In this document: positions 60,563-64,000 of the stretch, one piece after another
Numbering within the stretch: position 1 is the first letter of the stretch
Layout of the letters: each line of letters starts with the position of its first letter
Assembly (NCBI GenBank): GCA_002269645.1
Contig: NIVC01001565.1
Coordinates: forward strand, 1-64,000
Source: Macrostomum lignano
Taxonomy: Eukaryota
Reading direction: 5' to 3'
DNA: 64,000 nucleotides
The notes under the pieces: generated by a model
Seen by the model: only the letters and a program-made list of their open reading frames with translations
What the model was told of the DNA's origin: nothing
Database searches by the model: none
Made by a program: the position numbers and the translations under genes

Positions 60563-61729
60563 GAAGAAAATTTTTTTATTTCAGTAACGGATCACAAAGG
60601 TGTCACGCGGGAAAAGCATTGGCATGTCTAAGCAAAGAATTCTCTCACCCTCCCCCCTAAGTTTCAGCTTTCCTCTCCCAGATGTCACACCTCAGAGCTC
60701 CTTGACTGTTCGGCTGTGCAGAGGAATGAAAAGAGAGGGGGAGAGGACTGCCCCTTCTTAGACTGAAGAAGCGCATACAAGAAAGCAAAGCCAGTCAAGA
60801 CTTGTTCTCTATAATTGGTCGAATTCAAATTAGGCTGAGGCAGCTCACTCCGGGAAACCGAACAGAGGAAAATAGAAGCTGGCGCTGAATTCGTGGGGAA
60901 ATCTGGGAGAAAAGGGGGTGGGCAAACAACACCGAAGCAGCAGTGAGGCTTGGCCCCGGCAGCTGTCTGGGGGTCAGAGAGTAGTAGTCTCTGTAATTGA
61001 GTTGACCTGACTGGCATGTTTGCCGTCTTAGAGAATCCCCCCTCCATCCTTTTTTGCTCAAATCCTCGAGCCTGCAGTCACGCCCAACAGAAGCAGCAAG
61101 ACCATTTTCTTCTTTCACTCAGCTTCTTTGGGATCACATTTATGCTAAGCCATTCGAATATCCCCAGTGCCATTGGAGAAGCTGGCAGCAAGGTCTCGCT
61201 CTGCTCTCGATCGGAAATGGAATCTTCCTTTTATTTTCATTTCGCCGCGCCGATTCTGATGGGGGCGCCGTTTGCTCAGAATGAGCGAGCGGAACTGCCG
61301 AGGCGTTGCCAGGGCTGGGGGGGGGGAGAAACTGATGAGCCCCTTTCTCGGTCGGAAAAGGGTTATGAGTTGTCGGTCAGTGCGCGTCCTTCCCTCATCC
61401 ATCCCCTGGTCCAGCTGGGCACCCGCTGTTTATTGTTGGCTAATAAAGGCGCTGACAGTGACAAATTGATGCTTGCAAGTCTGTCGGATTAGAATCCGGG
61501 ATGGCGGGATCCGAGAACCCCCCGATTGGGGTCGGCATTGGGATAAAAAGGAATTTCTTCTTTGTTGAGCAAACATCTGCTTTTGGCCTGCGTCTCACAG
61601 CTCCAGTTCGCATCTTTTCATATCTATCTGCTGCTCTGCCCTGTCTATCTGCACATCTCTGCTCAATAACTATCAAACGCGTAGCATACCCGTCTGCCTT
61701 GTATGCCATTGTATCCATATACAATGCAT

Positions 61730-62392
61730 CTATCTACCATGCATATATCTACCATGCGTCGATTTATCAGACATCTATCTACCAGATATCTATCTACCAT
61801 GCATCTATCTACCGTGTGTCTATCCACCATGTATCTACCTACCAGATATCTATCTACCATGTATCTATCTAACATGCATCTATCTAACATGTACCTATCT
61901 ACCATGCATCTATCTACCATGTGTCTATCCACCATGTATCTACCTACCAGATATCTATCTACCATGTATATATCTAACATGCATCTATCTACTATGTATC
62001 TATCTACCATGTGTCTATTTATTAGACATCTATCTACCAGATATCTATCTACCAGATATCTATCTACCAGATATCTATCCACCAGATATCTATCTACCAG
62101 ATATCTATCTACCAGATATCTATCCACCAGATATCTATCTACCAGATATCTATCTACCAGATATCTATCCACCAGATATCTGTCTACCAGATATCTATCT
62201 ACCAGATATCTATCCACCAGATATCTGTCTACCAGATATCTATCTACCAGATATCTATCCACCAGATATCTATCTACCAGATATCTATCTACCAGATATC
62301 TATCTACCAGATATCTATCCACCAGATATCTATCTACCAGATATCTATCTACCAGATATCTATCTACCAGATATCTATCTACCAGATATCTA
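61730..62392. repeat. 15-bp (ACCAGATATCTATCT)n / ATCT-rich minisatellite
   Basis: Directly visible; the RYLST/YLVDR ORFs are artefacts. Confidence 0.94.
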
Positions 62393-63269
62393 TTCATACA
62401 GACATTTAGAACAAGTCTTCTACCATATATTTACAAGCATTACCATACACAAACTCTGCCATCTCTACCCTTGTTTCTCCTCACCCTATTTATCTCCGTC
62501 TTTAAATTTGTCTCCCCACTTCATTGCATCCTGATAGATTCGAAAAAGAATATGAAAAATAGTTGGATAATTTTGTTGCTTTGAGTTCGCCTCTGAATAA
62601 ACGGTTTATCCACAGCACCCTGCCTGAACCCCCACATTTTCTGTTCAGCTTCAATTTACGCAAGTCTTCTCTGCATTGACCTCGGGCGCTCCGGTTTGCC
62701 TTGAGGCCCTGCCTGCCCGTCTCCCGCTCTCCTCCTTCTCAGTTGAGAACAATTCAATTTCTGGGAGAATTTCCCAAGTTTTATTGGCCGGGCTAATGGG
62801 GGTCAGGCGACCCCTCGGCGACAAGTGGACTGAGCTCATTACAACCGGCAAATTGTCTTCTGCCCCTCGGCCGCTCCCGCAGCCACAATGGTCAGAACTG
62901 TTGAATAATTTCATTCACAACCCCCGTTCCGGCTGATAAACAGCCTCAGGCTCTCGGCCCGATATTTTCCCTTCAATTCTCCCAGTTTCCTCATCCCATT
63001 ATCCCATCGGCACCAACAGACTCTAAATGCAGCTCTGTTTATCAACACTAGAAGCTTTGACAGAAAACTGAGTTACCGAGATTCAGTGAGTGCTGGGATC
63101 TCCTCTGGCTGAAATATTCGAGCAGTCAGGTTTTCCATACTTCTATAAGCCAGTAAGAATGAACTGGCTAGCAAACTATTCCTGACGAAATAATGCTTTG
63201 ATTTGAACGGTTTTTTCTAAAAATATAAATTTAGCAAACAATGGGAGACATAAGTAGAGAGGGAAACTT

Positions 63270-63780
63270 ATGTATAGAGGGAGAGAGAGAGGGAGACAGA
63301 GGGGTCGACGGAGAGGGAGACAGAGAGGAAGACAAAGAAGGAGACAACAAAGAGGGAGACAGAGAGGGAGGCAGAGAGGGAGGCAGAGAGGGAGGCAGAG
63401 ATAGAGACAACAAAGAGGGAGACAGAGAGGGAGGCAGAGAGGGAGGCAGAGAGGGAGACAAAGAGGGAGGCAGAGAGGGAGACGGAGAGGGAGACAGAGA
63501 GAGGGAGACAGAGAGGGAGGCAGAGAGGGAGACAGAGATAGACAACAAAGAGGGAGACAGAGAGGGAGGCAGAGAGGGAGACAGAGATGGAGACAACAAA
63601 GAGGGAGACAGAGAGGGAGGCAGAGAGGGAGACAGAGATGGAGACAACAAAGAGGGAGACAGAGAGGGAGGCAGAGATTGAGGCAGAGAGGGTGGCAGAG
63701 AGAGGACAGAGAGAGACTACAGAGAAGTAGACAGAGAGGGAGATACAGGGGGAGACGCAGAGAGACAAAAAAGAGGGAGG
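63270..63780. repeat. GA-rich compound repeat (GAGAGGGAGGCA/GAGACAACAAA)
   Basis: Directly visible. Confidence 0.9.
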
Positions 63781-63829
63781 CAGATAGGAAGACAGAGAAG
63801 AGATCTAGATGTTTCGGTTTGAGAGATGC

Positions 63830-63935
63830 GGTGAGATGCAGACAGGGGTGAGATGCAGACAGGGGTGAGATGCAGACAGGGGTGAGATGCAGACAGGGGG
63901 GAGATGCAGACAGGGGTGAGATGCAGACAGGGGTG
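63830..63935. repeat. 17-bp minisatellite (GAGATGCAGACAGGGGT)n
   Basis: About 6 tandem copies. Confidence 0.9.
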
Positions 63936-64000
63936 AATAGGCCCAGCCAGGACAGCTCAGGAGATGAAAATAATATTTTTATTCTCGGCCACGGAACGGA

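Noticed and set aside
60685-63000. Overlapping 65-158-aa ORFs in moderately GC-rich unique sequence
   Set aside because: There is no recognisable domain, ORFs occur on both strands, and the codon style lacks the strong GC3 bias of the real exons.
59814-63768. His/Arg-rich, RYLST and GDREG ORFs
   Set aside because: They are direct translations of the 21-bp, 15-bp and GA-rich repeats.

Overview
Eukaryotic (animal) genomic DNA with GC-rich exons, GT-AG introns and many tandem minisatellites. The style resembles a Macrostomum-type flatworm, but that assignment is unverified inference. Host genes are a 2-exon D-aminoacyl-tRNA deacylase (DTD1, +), two near-identical intronless SUMO genes forming an inverted divergent pair (5188-5454 -, 17825-18091 +), a 15-exon MRP1/ABCC-type ABC transporter (35406-21660, -) and a 3-exon ATP23 metalloprotease (41036-39449, -). 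DTD1 and ABCC carry four 1-nt homopolymer deletions that are probably consensus errors. Mobile DNA includes an intact Ty3/Gypsy retrotransposon (48873-54985; 357-bp LTRs that look identical, GCTA target duplication), a dead full-length mariner with two nested MITEs, several TIR/TSD-defined MITEs and two related solo LTRs. The most unusual signal is in those solo LTRs (44094-44937 +, 46378-47277 -). Their 3' ends carry arrays of about 50-nt units, each starting with a degenerate tRNA-Leu primer-binding site and ending in an LTR-terminus-like ...ACA. Two units are shared between the LTRs and the others are private, as if the LTR grew by repeatedly absorbing its own PBS. Other notable items are a candidate -1 frameshift signal in the Gypsy element, an AP-1/ERE-like 23-bp array in an ABCC intron, and a different minisatellite in 12 of the 14 ABCC introns. 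Most long ORFs in the supplied track are repeat artefacts.
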